In this document: in pieces, positions 45,224 through 54,525 of the stretch
Layout of the letters: every line of letters begins with the position of its first letter
Numbering within the stretch: the first letter of the stretch is position 1
From: Steroidobacteraceae bacterium
Lineage (GTDB): Bacteria; Pseudomonadota; Gammaproteobacteria; Steroidobacterales; Steroidobacteraceae
Assembly: GCA_035487135.1 (NCBI GenBank)
Contig: DATHMN010000056.1
Span: 6,428 to 70,427, forward strand
DNA: 64,000 bases
Direction: 5' to 3'
Translations under genes and position numbers: made by a program
The notes under the pieces: generated by a model
What the model was told of the DNA's origin: nothing
What the model saw: only the letters and a program-made list of their open reading frames with translations
Database searches by the model: none

Positions 45224-46002
45224 CGCCCCTCGCGCCGCGCACGCCTTTTCCAGCCCAGGTAGCTCGTGAGCCACGGATGGCCCCACACGGCTGAGGCCCG
45301 CCCGGAAGTGTCGATGGGTTTGGCCGTGCCCGCGGCAATGGATTGTAATGTGTCCGCAATCGCATCCAGATTGTCCCAGACGACACGATCCTGGATGACA
45401 ATGTGCGATTCGCGGGCGGAGTCGTAGGCATAGGTGAAATAACCGTACACGCTGCCGGTGTCGACACCTCGGTCGACGCGCAGCAGCGTCATGCCGACGC
45501 GCGCAAAATCGCCGCGCACCAGCGCCCAAAAACAACCATGGGCGTTGCGGTATTCGGGGCAGATGCCCGGATGCATGACGAACGTCCCCGCCCTGGGAAT
45601 GGAGAAGATCCGCTCTTTCAATAGTACTTTACAGCGCGCGAGCACGAGGTCGGGAGCGGCGGCCGCGAGGAACGCTTCGGCTTGAGCTGAGTTAGGACTC
45701 GTGGTGACGAGTTCCGGCGCGCTCACCGCGGGATAGCGCGTCAGCAGCTCGCGCAGCCGCTCGGACTCCCAGCGGCGGTCACGCGGCGCGAGCCGCAGCC
45801 GGTAGTAGGCGCGGAAGGCCGCCACGTCGAGCAAGCGCAGTGCGCCGACGCGTGCGAGCTCGCGGCGCACGCGCTGCAGCTTGCGCGCACCCTGCTCGCG
45901 GATCACTACGACGCCGGTCAGGGTCGAGAACGATCCGAGCCAGCGTGGCATGGCGATGCGGTCGAGCGGTGCGTCCTCGTGACAGATCAGCAGCGTCTTC
46001 AT
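45220..46002 (-). CDS. formyltransferase-family protein
   Basis: MKTLLICHED...PDLVLARCKVLLKERIFSIPRAGTFVMHPGICPEYRNAHGCFWAL resembles the Fmt/ArnA N-domain active-site region (H..P.YRG variant). Confidence 0.7.
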   Translation of the reverse strand: MKTLLICHEDAPLDRIAMPRWLGSFSTLTGVVVIREQGARKLQRVRRELARVGALRLLDVAAFRAYYRLRLAPRDRRWESERLRELLTRYPAVSAPELVTTSPNSAQAEAFLAAAAPDLVLARCKVLLKERIFSIPRAGTFVMHPGICPEYRNAHGCFWALVRGDFARVGMTLLRVDRGVDTGSVYGYFTYAYDSARESHIVIQDRVVWDNLDAIADTLQSIAAGTAKPIDTSGRASAVWGHPWLTSYLGWKRRARREGR

Positions 46003-46127
46003 GGTCTATGAGGCGCACCACTCAAGCGACGCCGTTGAGCGCGCGCTCGCCTGCGGTGGCATCCCTGGTGTTGAATTCCGTGGCACGGCACCTTATACAG
46101 GCGTCGCTCCCCGCCGTGCGCGCGATC

Positions 46128-46847
46128 TCACTTAAGCCGCCGTGCGTGCAGGTTCAGGTACGCCGGCATCAGCTGCCCAACGATGTCCTGATAGGCCGGC
46201 GGCACCTCGAGTGGGCGCGCGCGCTGCGGCTCGAATCCGGTCGAACGCAGCACCGCCGCGTACCAGTGCGGCGCCCAGAGGCCATCGCTGGCACGCGGGC
46301 CGGCGGGCCAGCGCAGCATGCGCGGCGTAAAGTCGATGCCGAGCTCGCCACACAGCGCGCGCAGCTGTACCTCCGGCGCGCCCAGAAACTCGTCCGCATC
46401 GATCACCAGCGGATCGCGGCCCGACTGCCGCTGCACATAATCGTAAATCTCCAGCTGCTGCAGCACGCCGATATCGTCGACGCTCACGCGCGGACGGGTT
46501 TTCACGTACGACAGTACCACTGCACGCGGATCGCGGATCAGGAATACATGCGTCAACTCCCGGAGCCACTCGCGCGCGATGTGCGGCAGCAGGTGATGCG
46601 TCATATGTTTCTGGTACCAGATGGTTCGGCCCTCGGGCATCGGGCCGAGCAGCCGCGCCGCCACCTTGCGCCAGTCGGCCTCACCCTGGGCGATGATCTG
46701 GTCACGGCCCGGATGGTCGAGCCCGGTATGCGCCAGGTAATGTGCGTACAGCGGCTCATCGCTGATGGCGCAGTCGCCGCGATTCTCCCAGGAACGCATC
46801 ATGGCGGTGGAGATGTTGCGCGGCCCGGACCACATCGCCAACCTCAT
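46128..46847 (-). CDS. sulfotransferase-like (P-loop) family protein
   Basis: MRLAMWSGPRNISTAMMRSWENR...DEPLYAHYL. This family is recurrently found next to class IV aminotransferases. ATGA overlap with the upstream gene. Confidence 0.6.
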   Translation of the reverse strand: MRLAMWSGPRNISTAMMRSWENRGDCAISDEPLYAHYLAHTGLDHPGRDQIIAQGEADWRKVAARLLGPMPEGRTIWYQKHMTHHLLPHIAREWLRELTHVFLIRDPRAVVLSYVKTRPRVSVDDIGVLQQLEIYDYVQRQSGRDPLVIDADEFLGAPEVQLRALCGELGIDFTPRMLRWPAGPRASDGLWAPHWYAAVLRSTGFEPQRARPLEVPPAYQDIVGQLMPAYLNLHARRLK

Positions 46848-47776
46848 GAATGTGGGGCCCCGGCCTGCGTGGCGATGTCCTGCTCGATCAGCTGCAGGTA
46901 CAGCTGCTGCAGCCGCGCGACCACAGGTCCGCGCGCGGCGCTGATCGTGCGGCCGTCGATCTCGGTCACGGGCGCGATGCCGGCATAGGTGCCGGTGACG
47001 AACGCCTCGTCGGCCGAGTAGGCCTCCGTCAGACTGAAGTTCTTCTCATGGGCCGCAATCCCGTGCGCGCGGCACAGCTTCAGCACGTTGGCGCGGGTGA
47101 TGCCTGCTAGGCAGTAATCACCGGTCGAGGTCCACACCTCACCGCGGCGCACGATAAAAAAGTGCGTCGAGTTGCAGGTGGCGACGAAGCCGTGCGGATC
47201 GAGCATCAGTGCCTCGTCGGCACCGGCCTTGGTGGCCTGAATACAGGCGGTAATACAGTTCAGCTTGGAATGCGAGTTGAGCTTCGGGTCCTGCACATCG
47301 GGAGCGCCGCGGCGCACATGCACGGTGAACAGTCGCACGCCGCGCTCCAGGACCTGCGGCTGCGGCAGCTTGTATTCCGCGATGATGACCACGGTGGCCG
47401 GCCCGATGCAGGCGCGTGGATCCTGGTACGGCGTACGCTTCAGCCCGCGGGTAACCATGAGGCGGATGTGCACGCCCTCGCTCATACGATTCGCGTGCAG
47501 CGTCCGATAGAGCGCTGCGGTCAGCCCTGCGGGGTCCATTCCGATGTCGAGATCGATCGCCTTGGCCGCTTCGAACAGCCGCTCGAGGTGCGGCCCGAGA
47601 AACGCGATGCGACCGCCATGCACCCGCAGCCCTTCCCACACACCATCGCCCAGAATGAATCCCGAATCGAATACCGACAGCTGTGCCTGCGCGCGCGGCT
47701 GCAGCGCTCCGTTCACGTAAATCAAGATGTCCTGGTTGCGCGGATCGTCGCTGGCGTGATGAGTACCCTGAGTCAT
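46844..47776 (-). CDS. class IV (branched-chain/D-amino-acid) aminotransferase
   Basis: VFDSGFILGDGVWEGLRVHGGRIAF...HLERL...GIT (fold-type IV PLP enzyme blocks). Confidence 0.85.
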   Translation of the reverse strand: MTQGTHHASDDPRNQDILIYVNGALQPRAQAQLSVFDSGFILGDGVWEGLRVHGGRIAFLGPHLERLFEAAKAIDLDIGMDPAGLTAALYRTLHANRMSEGVHIRLMVTRGLKRTPYQDPRACIGPATVVIIAEYKLPQPQVLERGVRLFTVHVRRGAPDVQDPKLNSHSKLNCITACIQATKAGADEALMLDPHGFVATCNSTHFFIVRRGEVWTSTGDYCLAGITRANVLKLCRAHGIAAHEKNFSLTEAYSADEAFVTGTYAGIAPVTEIDGRTISAARGPVVARLQQLYLQLIEQDIATQAGAPHS

Positions 47777-47865
47777 AGCTCCTCGCCGGTCACTGCAAAT
47801 CTGGTGCGATTCTAGCCCGCGCGCGCCGTGATTGATCTCGGCGCGCGCGGCTGCTCTACTTTCGC

Positions 47866-48741
47866 ATGCCCAACGTCAGCGGCGTGCGCCTCCTGCTCGC
47901 AATCCTGGTCGCGGTGGCAGGCTGGTATGTGCTGCGCTGGCGCTCACTCGAGCGCGGCCGCAGCGCCGCGCGCCCGGCACTGGTCGATCTCACCATCGGC
48001 TTTGTCAGTAACTTCTTCGATACGCTCGGCATCGGCTCTTTCGCGCCCACCACTGCGGTCTTCAAGCTGCGACGGCAGATGGCGGACGAGGCGATTCCAG
48101 GGACCCTCAACGTCGGCCAGGCGCTGCCCACCCTGACCGAGGGGCTCATTTTCATTGCCATCGTCAGCCTCGACCTGACGACGCTGGTCGCGATGATCTC
48201 CGCGGCAGTCCTCGGCGCGTGGCTCGGCGCGGGCGTCGTGGCGCGCGCGCCCCGGCGCGCCATTCAGTTCGCCATGGGCTTCGCGCTGCTGTCAGCTGCG
48301 GCGTTGCTGCTCGCCAGGAATCTCGCCTGGCTGCCGGTCGATGACGGCAGCGCCCTGGGCCTGCACGGCGGCACGCTGGTGTTGGCCGTGTGCGTCAACG
48401 CGCTGTTGGGCGCGCTCATGATGGTGGGCGTCGGCCTGTACGCGCCCTGCTTGGTCCTGGTAACGCTCCTCGGTATGAGCCCGCTAGCGGCTTTCCCCAT
48501 CATGATGGGGTCGTGTGCATTGCTGATGCCGGTGGGCGGGATCCGTTTCGTGCGCGCGCGGCGCTACCAGCGCTGCGCCGCACTCGGACTCACCCTGGGT
48601 GGTATCCCGGGAGTGTTGTGCGCGGCGTTCCTGGTACGCTCACTGCCGCTCAACTGGCTGCGCTGGCTGGTAGCTGCGGTCGTGCTGTACGCGGCCGTGC
48701 TGATGCTGGCCTCGGCGCAGGCACCGGCCCCGGAGCGCTAG
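47866..48741 (+). CDS. TauE/SafE family anion exporter
   Basis: 291 aa, about 8 TM, internally duplicated 4-TM halves with Gly-rich helices. Confidence 0.7.
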   Translation: MPNVSGVRLLLAILVAVAGWYVLRWRSLERGRSAARPALVDLTIGFVSNFFDTLGIGSFAPTTAVFKLRRQMADEAIPGTLNVGQALPTLTEGLIFIAIVSLDLTTLVAMISAAVLGAWLGAGVVARAPRRAIQFAMGFALLSAAALLLARNLAWLPVDDGSALGLHGGTLVLAVCVNALLGALMMVGVGLYAPCLVLVTLLGMSPLAAFPIMMGSCALLMPVGGIRFVRARRYQRCAALGLTLGGIPGVLCAAFLVRSLPLNWLRWLVAAVVLYAAVLMLASAQAPAPER

Positions 48742-48781
48742 AGGCTAGGCGGCGCACGGCCAATCTCCTACATTGACCGGC

Positions 48782-49843
48782 ATGCAGGAGACAGTGCGCG
48801 GCCCGTCCGCAGCCCGGGACGACCTCACCTACCCGTTCAGCGTCATACCCGGCCCGGGTGAGGCCCATGAGGTCGCGCCGGGGGTCCGCTGGCTGCGCAT
48901 GCCGCTGCCGATGAGCGGACTCGATCACATCAACGTCTGGGCGCTCGCTGATGGAGACGGCTGGAGCCTGGCCGACACCGGCATGCAGACCGCGGACACG
49001 GCCGCCCTGTGGCAGAGCGCACTCGCCGGCCCGCTGGGACGGCGCCCGGTGCTGCGGGTCATCTGTACGCACATGCATCCGGATCACATCGGCATGGCCG
49101 GCTGGCTCACCCGCCAGCACGAGTGCCGCCTGTGGACCACGCGGCTCGAGTACCTGACCTGCCGGGTGCTCGTGGCGGACACCGGACGCGAGGCACCCGC
49201 CGACGGCGTGCGCTTCTATCGCGCCGCCGGCTGGGACGAGGAGTCATTGGCACAGTACCGGGCGCGTTTCGGTGGTTTTGGCAAGGCGGTCTACACACTG
49301 CCCGACAGCTACCGCCGGGTAAGCGATGGCGAGGAACTGCAGATCGACGGGCGCACGTGGCGCGCGGTCGTCGGACGCGGCCACTCGCCCGAGCATCTGT
49401 GCCTGCACTGCCCCGAACTGGGCGTGCTGATCTCCGGCGATCAGGTGCTGCCACGCATCTCATCCAACGTGTCGGTCTTTCCCACCGAGCCGGACGCGAA
49501 CCCGCTCAGCGACTGGCTCGACTCGCTGGCCGCGATCCGCGCGCGCGTGCCGGACGAAGTGCTGGTGTTGCCCTCGCATAACGAGCCTTTCCGCGGCCTG
49601 CATGCGCGTCTCGCCGCGCTCATCCACGGTCACGAGCAGCGCCTGGGGCGTGTGCTGGCACAGCTGGCGGAGCCGCGCCGGGCGGTCGATCTGTTCGGTG
49701 TGTTGTTCCGGCGCCATGCCGCAGCGGACATGCTGAGCATGGCCACCGGGGAAACGCTCGCGCATCTCAACTGCCTCATGCAGCGCGGGCTCGCACGGCG
49801 CGAGCTCGATGCTGCCGGAGTGGCCTGGTACCGGGCGAGCTGA
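48782..49843 (+). CDS. MBL-fold metallo-hydrolase
   Basis: ICTHMHPDHIGMAG (HxHxDH) and a downstream GHSPEH. ATG 48782 is preferred over the tracked TTG 48773. Confidence 0.85.
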   Translation: MQETVRGPSAARDDLTYPFSVIPGPGEAHEVAPGVRWLRMPLPMSGLDHINVWALADGDGWSLADTGMQTADTAALWQSALAGPLGRRPVLRVICTHMHPDHIGMAGWLTRQHECRLWTTRLEYLTCRVLVADTGREAPADGVRFYRAAGWDEESLAQYRARFGGFGKAVYTLPDSYRRVSDGEELQIDGRTWRAVVGRGHSPEHLCLHCPELGVLISGDQVLPRISSNVSVFPTEPDANPLSDWLDSLAAIRARVPDEVLVLPSHNEPFRGLHARLAALIHGHEQRLGRVLAQLAEPRRAVDLFGVLFRRHAAADMLSMATGETLAHLNCLMQRGLARRELDAAGVAWYRAS

Positions 49844-49877
49844 GGCAAGGCGCGCACGCGTGCCGTAAGATGCGCCG

Positions 49878-51626
49878 ATGCAGGATCACACGCTGACCAC
49901 CATCGCCGAGGAGTCAGGCTTCCAGCGCACCGGGCGCAGCGATGAGGTGACGCGGCTGTGTGCCGCATTCGCGGCCGCCTGGCCGCGGGCCGTGCGCAGC
50001 TTGGAGTATGGGCGCTCGGCTGAAGGGCGGCCGATGCGAGCGCTGCTGGTCTCGCGCGCCGATCCGCAGCGGGTGCCGGTGCTGATGCTGCAGGCCGGGA
50101 TCCACCCCGGTGAAAGCGACGGCAAGGACGCAGGATTCATCGCCCTGCGGGAAATTCTCAGCGAGACCACGGCACGCGGCGTACTCGACAAGATCGCCAT
50201 TCTCTTCATACCCGCGTTCAACGTCGACGGACACGAGCGTTTCGGGCGTTGGAACCGTCCGAATCAGAACGGCCCGGAGGAGACCGGCTGGCGCAGCACC
50301 GCGCAAAACCTGAATCTTAACCGTGACTACACCAAGGCGGACGCGCCCGAGATGCGGGCGCTGCTCGCTTTGGTGCGCACCTGGGATCCGCTGGTGTGCG
50401 CCGACCTGCACGTCACCGACGGTGCCGACTTCCAGCCGGACGTGTCACTGCAGGCCGAGCCGATCAATCAGGGCGATGCGCGCCTCTATAGCGCCGGACG
50501 CGAGCTGCGTGATGCGCTGATCGCGAAACTGAGCCGCCAGGGATCGCTGCCGCTGCCTTTCTATCCTGACTTCGCCGAGACCGACAATCCTGCATCCGGG
50601 TTTGTGCTCACCGTCTACTCGCCGCGTTTCTCCACCGGCTACTTCGCGCAGCGCAACCGTTTCACGCTGCTGGTGGAAACGCATTCGTGGAAGGACTATG
50701 CACACCGGGTGCGGGTCACCCACAACGCCATCGTCGGGCTCGCTGAGCTGGTCGCGCAGCACGGCGGCGCCTGGCGGGCGCTCACGCGTGAGGCGGACGA
50801 CGCTGCCCAGCGACTGGCAGGCAGTGAGGTGGTGCTCGACTACAGCTCCGCCTGGCGCGAGCCGGCAGCCGGGGTGCGCGCTGCTAGCGGCGCGGCGCAG
50901 CTCGTGCGGCGGATTGACTTTCCCGGCTATGCCTATACCCGCACCCCCTCGCCCATCTCCGGTGCGCTGGTTACGGTTTACGACGCGAAGCACCCGCAAA
51001 TCTGGCGCGTGCCCTACCGCGATCAGGTGACGCCGTCGCTGGTCGTGCCGGCACCGCGCGCCGGCTACCTCGTGCCCGCGGCCTGGGCGAGCCAGATCGG
51101 TGAGCGGCTAAGCGTGCACGGGCTGAGTTTCAGTCCGCTGACAGCGCCGGCCGCAGGCCTGCCAGTCGAAGTCTTTCGCGCCAGCCGCGTACAGTTCGCG
51201 ACTGCGCCCTTCGAGGGACGCATGCGCGCGCAACTCAGCGGCAGCTGGGGACGCGAGCTGCAGGATGTCGGCGCCGGCGCCCTGTACGTCCCGATCGCAC
51301 AGCCGTGCGCCCGGCTCGTCATGCACCTGCTCGAGCCGCAGGCGCCGGATTCGTTTGCCGCCTGGGGATTCTTCAACGCATGTTTCGAGCAGAAAGAGTA
51401 CCTGGAGCCTTACGTGGCGGAAGAGATTGCGCGCACGCTGCTGGCACAGCAGCCGACGCTGCAACAGCAGTTTGACCAGCGTCTGAAGGACGACCCCGCC
51501 TTCGCTGCCAACCCGCGCGCGCGCCTGGATTTTTTTCTCGTGCGGCACGCTTCCTGGGATACGCGCTTCAACCTCTACCCGGTGTTTCGCCTCGATACGC
51601 TACCGCCCGGCGCTGGCGCCACGTGA
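49878..51626 (+). CDS. M14 family metallocarboxypeptidase-like protein
   Basis: LQAGIHPGESDGKDA (HxxE zinc motif), NVDGHER, TKADAPE. Confidence 0.8.
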   Translation: MQDHTLTTIAEESGFQRTGRSDEVTRLCAAFAAAWPRAVRSLEYGRSAEGRPMRALLVSRADPQRVPVLMLQAGIHPGESDGKDAGFIALREILSETTARGVLDKIAILFIPAFNVDGHERFGRWNRPNQNGPEETGWRSTAQNLNLNRDYTKADAPEMRALLALVRTWDPLVCADLHVTDGADFQPDVSLQAEPINQGDARLYSAGRELRDALIAKLSRQGSLPLPFYPDFAETDNPASGFVLTVYSPRFSTGYFAQRNRFTLLVETHSWKDYAHRVRVTHNAIVGLAELVAQHGGAWRALTREADDAAQRLAGSEVVLDYSSAWREPAAGVRAASGAAQLVRRIDFPGYAYTRTPSPISGALVTVYDAKHPQIWRVPYRDQVTPSLVVPAPRAGYLVPAAWASQIGERLSVHGLSFSPLTAPAAGLPVEVFRASRVQFATAPFEGRMRAQLSGSWGRELQDVGAGALYVPIAQPCARLVMHLLEPQAPDSFAAWGFFNACFEQKEYLEPYVAEEIARTLLAQQPTLQQQFDQRLKDDPAFAANPRARLDFFLVRHASWDTRFNLYPVFRLDTLPPGAGAT

Positions 51627-51668
51627 GGCGCGGCAGCACCGAGTCATGGCCGCCCGCAGTCGCGGGAG

Positions 51669-52631
51669 TCACAGGGCGAGATCGTCGCGCAGCGCGACCT
51701 CCGCCTGCGTGCCATCGTGCTCGCTGCCACGAGCCACGCCGCTCGTCGGCGCAGGATTCGTCCTGCCGGCTTCCTGCGAGCGCATCTTCAGCCACGCTTC
51801 GCGCGCCTGGCGCCTGATCTCTTCGACGTCGCGCGTCGTTTCGGCCGCTGCGTGCGTGGCCGGGTGCGCCTCGCGCTGCTGCACTCGGGCCTGATACTCG
51901 GCGCGCAAACGCGCAGCCAGCTCGCTGTGCACGCCGCGCTGCTCCATCTTCAGATGCGCGAGCGGAATGGCCGGCTGGGGCTCGCGGTCCAGTCCCTGGG
52001 CGGCGAGGCTGCGGTGATCAACGCGTGCGGCAACATTAGCCGCACTGAGCGCCTCGTTGGTGAGAGTCGCCCAGCGCTCGCGCAAACTGAGGTATTCATG
52101 GCGGTGATCGGGCAGCTCGCGCCGCCGCCGCTCACGTGGGGCCAGATCGAGGCCGGCTTTCGCACCCAGGCCCGCCGGTGTGACCTCGCGCGTCGTGGTC
52201 AAGAGATGCGCGTGGAAGTTGCGCGGATCGCCGCCGGGGCGCGGATCGTGCACCGCCAGGTCAACCGCGACCCGGTAGCGCTCGGCAAGCTCGCGCGCGA
52301 AAGTGCGCGCCAGCGTCACGCGCTGCGCCGCATTGAGTTCCACAGGCAGGTTGAGTTGATACTCGCGCGCCACCCGGGCGTTATAGCGCTTGTCAGCGCG
52401 TTCGGCCGTATTCCACAGACGCTCGCGTTGGTGCGCCCAGCCAGCCGCGGCTTCCACCTGCGCCGGCAGAAAGATCTCCGTGTGGGCTACATCGCGCCGA
52501 CGGCTGTAATTGTGCAGCTCGCCACTGCGGTCGTCACGCAGCCGCTCGCCTGCGCGGTAGGCGGCTGCCGCTGTGGCACGTCGGCCCGCGGCGCGCGACA
52601 CCGAGCTGATCTGCATGCGGAAGAGCGCCAT
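51669..52631 (-). CDS. mobA: MOBQ-type (MobA/MobL) relaxase, short form
   Basis: MALFRMQISSVSRAAGRRATAAAAYRAGERL (catalytic Tyr region). AVHDPRPGGDPRNFHAHLL (HxDx..NxHxH three-His motif). Only 320 aa. Confidence 0.85.
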   Translation of the reverse strand: MALFRMQISSVSRAAGRRATAAAAYRAGERLRDDRSGELHNYSRRRDVAHTEIFLPAQVEAAAGWAHQRERLWNTAERADKRYNARVAREYQLNLPVELNAAQRVTLARTFARELAERYRVAVDLAVHDPRPGGDPRNFHAHLLTTTREVTPAGLGAKAGLDLAPRERRRRELPDHRHEYLSLRERWATLTNEALSAANVAARVDHRSLAAQGLDREPQPAIPLAHLKMEQRGVHSELAARLRAEYQARVQQREAHPATHAAAETTRDVEEIRRQAREAWLKMRSQEAGRTNPAPTSGVARGSEHDGTQAEVALRDDLAL

Positions 52632-52635
52632 CGTC

Positions 52636-54009
52636 TCAGCGCCGTGCGCGGAAACTGACCCGCCGCCACGCGGGCGCCGCGGCTGTTTTCACGTAGCCGG
52701 TGAGATCCGGCAGCTGTTCAAGTTCCGCAGGCAACACGGCCGCTTCGGTGACGTGCTGCTGGCTCACGCTGGTCGAGCGGCGGCCGGGGCGCGTGCCCCA
52801 GCCGGGTTCACGGTCGCGCGCCCGTGTGGTCTGGCGGCGCAGCACCTCCCGCTCGCCGATGAGCCGCGCTGCGAACTGCGAAGTGCCCCCATGCTCGCTG
52901 CCCGAGCAGCGCAGAATTACAGTGTTGCCGCAATTTTCGACGATGGTGGTCGCATCACCGCTACCATAGGTGCTGGAAACCTGTGCAACTGACTGAAAGC
53001 CCAGGACGCATCGGCCGCCAAATTTCCGCAGCCGCGCGAGCGCATCTTTCAGGCCGTCGATCGCCCCAAGCGAGTCAAGCTCGTCAACCACAAACCACAA
53101 GGGGCGCTCGGCTCCGGCCTGATTCATGCATTCGAAAATTGCGAGCCGCATCCATCCAGCGATGATGCTGCGCAACGCTGCGATCTGCGTTGCCTCGTAG
53201 GGGAGGAACAGCACGCCGCTGCCCTCGCGCACCCACTCGCGCACGGCAAACGGCCGGGCGCGCTGCGCCTGCACGTATTCGAGCGCCGCGGCAGCCGAGC
53301 CTGCGACCGAGCGGATCGAGGCGAACATGCGTGCGTTGTCCGCCTCCAGAAAGGGCTGAGCGGGCGAGCCCGCCACGAGTGCCCGCAGCTCCGCAGTGTC
53401 GGCGACCGTCAGTAGCCGATAGAGTTCGCCCGCGTCGCGCCAGCCAGCCTCACAGCAGCGCCGCATCACGGCGCTCAGGAACGTGCGTGCGTAGCCACGC
53501 CACTCGCGACCGGACGCGTCTTCGCTCCCGGGAATGAGTCCACTCGCGAGTTGTTCCACATCCCAAGGTGCACCGATCTCTGCAAACGGATCCCACTTGA
53601 CCGACAGTGGGTCGAAAGGATTGAGCACCACATCGCCGCGCCGGCGTTCAAAGAAGCGTGCCCGATAACCGCCATCGGGGTCGGTGATGACCGCGCGGTC
53701 GCCGCGCTGCAGCGCCGCACCCAGCAACATTGCAATGGCGGTCGACTTGCCGGTTCCGGTGGTGCCGATCAGCTTGAAGTGCCGTGTCTCTTCGCCCGCA
53801 CACAGCGGCACCCCGGCCAAAGTCAGCGCGTCCATCGAGACGCGGCGGCGGGCGAGGCTTCGCGCGCGGCCGCTAAGGATGCGGGCGCCCCGTTTGTGCA
53901 GGTCGCTGCGGCGCGCGCGGCGCAGCAGCAGTCCGAGAAGCGGCGTAAGGCTGAGCGTCAGCCAGAGGTGCTCCCGAGTCGCCGCAGCTGCCATGAACAG
54001 CGCCTGCAT
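52636..54009 (-). CDS. virD4: type IV coupling protein paralog A (TrwB/VirD4 family)
   Basis: Walker A LIGTTGTGKST. WFVVDELDSLG (Walker B). RKFGGRCVLGFQS. Single N-terminal TM helix. Confidence 0.85.
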   Translation of the reverse strand: MQALFMAAAATREHLWLTLSLTPLLGLLLRRARRSDLHKRGARILSGRARSLARRRVSMDALTLAGVPLCAGEETRHFKLIGTTGTGKSTAIAMLLGAALQRGDRAVITDPDGGYRARFFERRRGDVVLNPFDPLSVKWDPFAEIGAPWDVEQLASGLIPGSEDASGREWRGYARTFLSAVMRRCCEAGWRDAGELYRLLTVADTAELRALVAGSPAQPFLEADNARMFASIRSVAGSAAAALEYVQAQRARPFAVREWVREGSGVLFLPYEATQIAALRSIIAGWMRLAIFECMNQAGAERPLWFVVDELDSLGAIDGLKDALARLRKFGGRCVLGFQSVAQVSSTYGSGDATTIVENCGNTVILRCSGSEHGGTSQFAARLIGEREVLRRQTTRARDREPGWGTRPGRRSTSVSQQHVTEAAVLPAELEQLPDLTGYVKTAAAPAWRRVSFRARR

Positions 54010-54015
54010 AACGGC

Positions 54016-54522
54016 TCAGTAGCCTTTGACCACGAGGAAGTCGCCGGCTTCGCCGTAGCTCGGGGCGCTGCGCTCGACGCGCACGCACAACCGCTGCGCC
54101 GGGCCGCAGCGGCGCAGCTCCACCTTGCCACCCTGGCGATCAAGGCGGCCGATATTAGCCGCAAGCGTCTCGCGCTGTGCGGCAAGCGCGCTCATCTCCG
54201 CGGCGCTCGGCAGCGCCCGCCACAGCAGTACGACCGGCAGCGCGCTCGCCGGCAGTGCCAGCGACAGGCAGCAGGCGAGCACGCGCACTCCGGCGGCACG
54301 TTGCAGCCGCCGAAGCGCCGCGCCGGCACGCCGGCTGTCGTCGCCGAGCGAGCGCAGCTCCTCCACCAGCGTGTGGCGGATCTCCTCGCGGACAATTGCA
54401 TCCAATCCCGCCGTGTGCTCGCGCAAGCGCTCCAGGGCGGTTCCCGCCAGGGTCTGCTGACCCTGCACCGCCTCTGCCAGCAGCCCGAGTCTGAGCGTGT
54501 CGTCTTCAATGCGCGCGGCCAC
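54016..54522 (-). CDS. hypothetical coiled-coil/TM protein between the two coupling-protein genes
   Basis: 168-aa ORF, tightly packed (4-nt and 6-nt intergenic gaps). Central hydrophobic helix VRVLACCLSLALPASALPVVLLW. Confidence 0.55.
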   Translation of the reverse strand: MAARIEDDTLRLGLLAEAVQGQQTLAGTALERLREHTAGLDAIVREEIRHTLVEELRSLGDDSRRAGAALRRLQRAAGVRVLACCLSLALPASALPVVLLWRALPSAAEMSALAAQRETLAANIGRLDRQGGKVELRRCGPAQRLCVRVERSAPSYGEAGDFLVVKGY

Positions 54523-54525
54523 GGC

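Noticed and set aside
51627-51668. oriT/nic-site hairpin in the 42-bp gap after mobA.
   Set aside because: There is only weak GC-rich self-complementarity (GCGG...CCGC) and no recognisable MOBQ nic consensus. Not enough to call.
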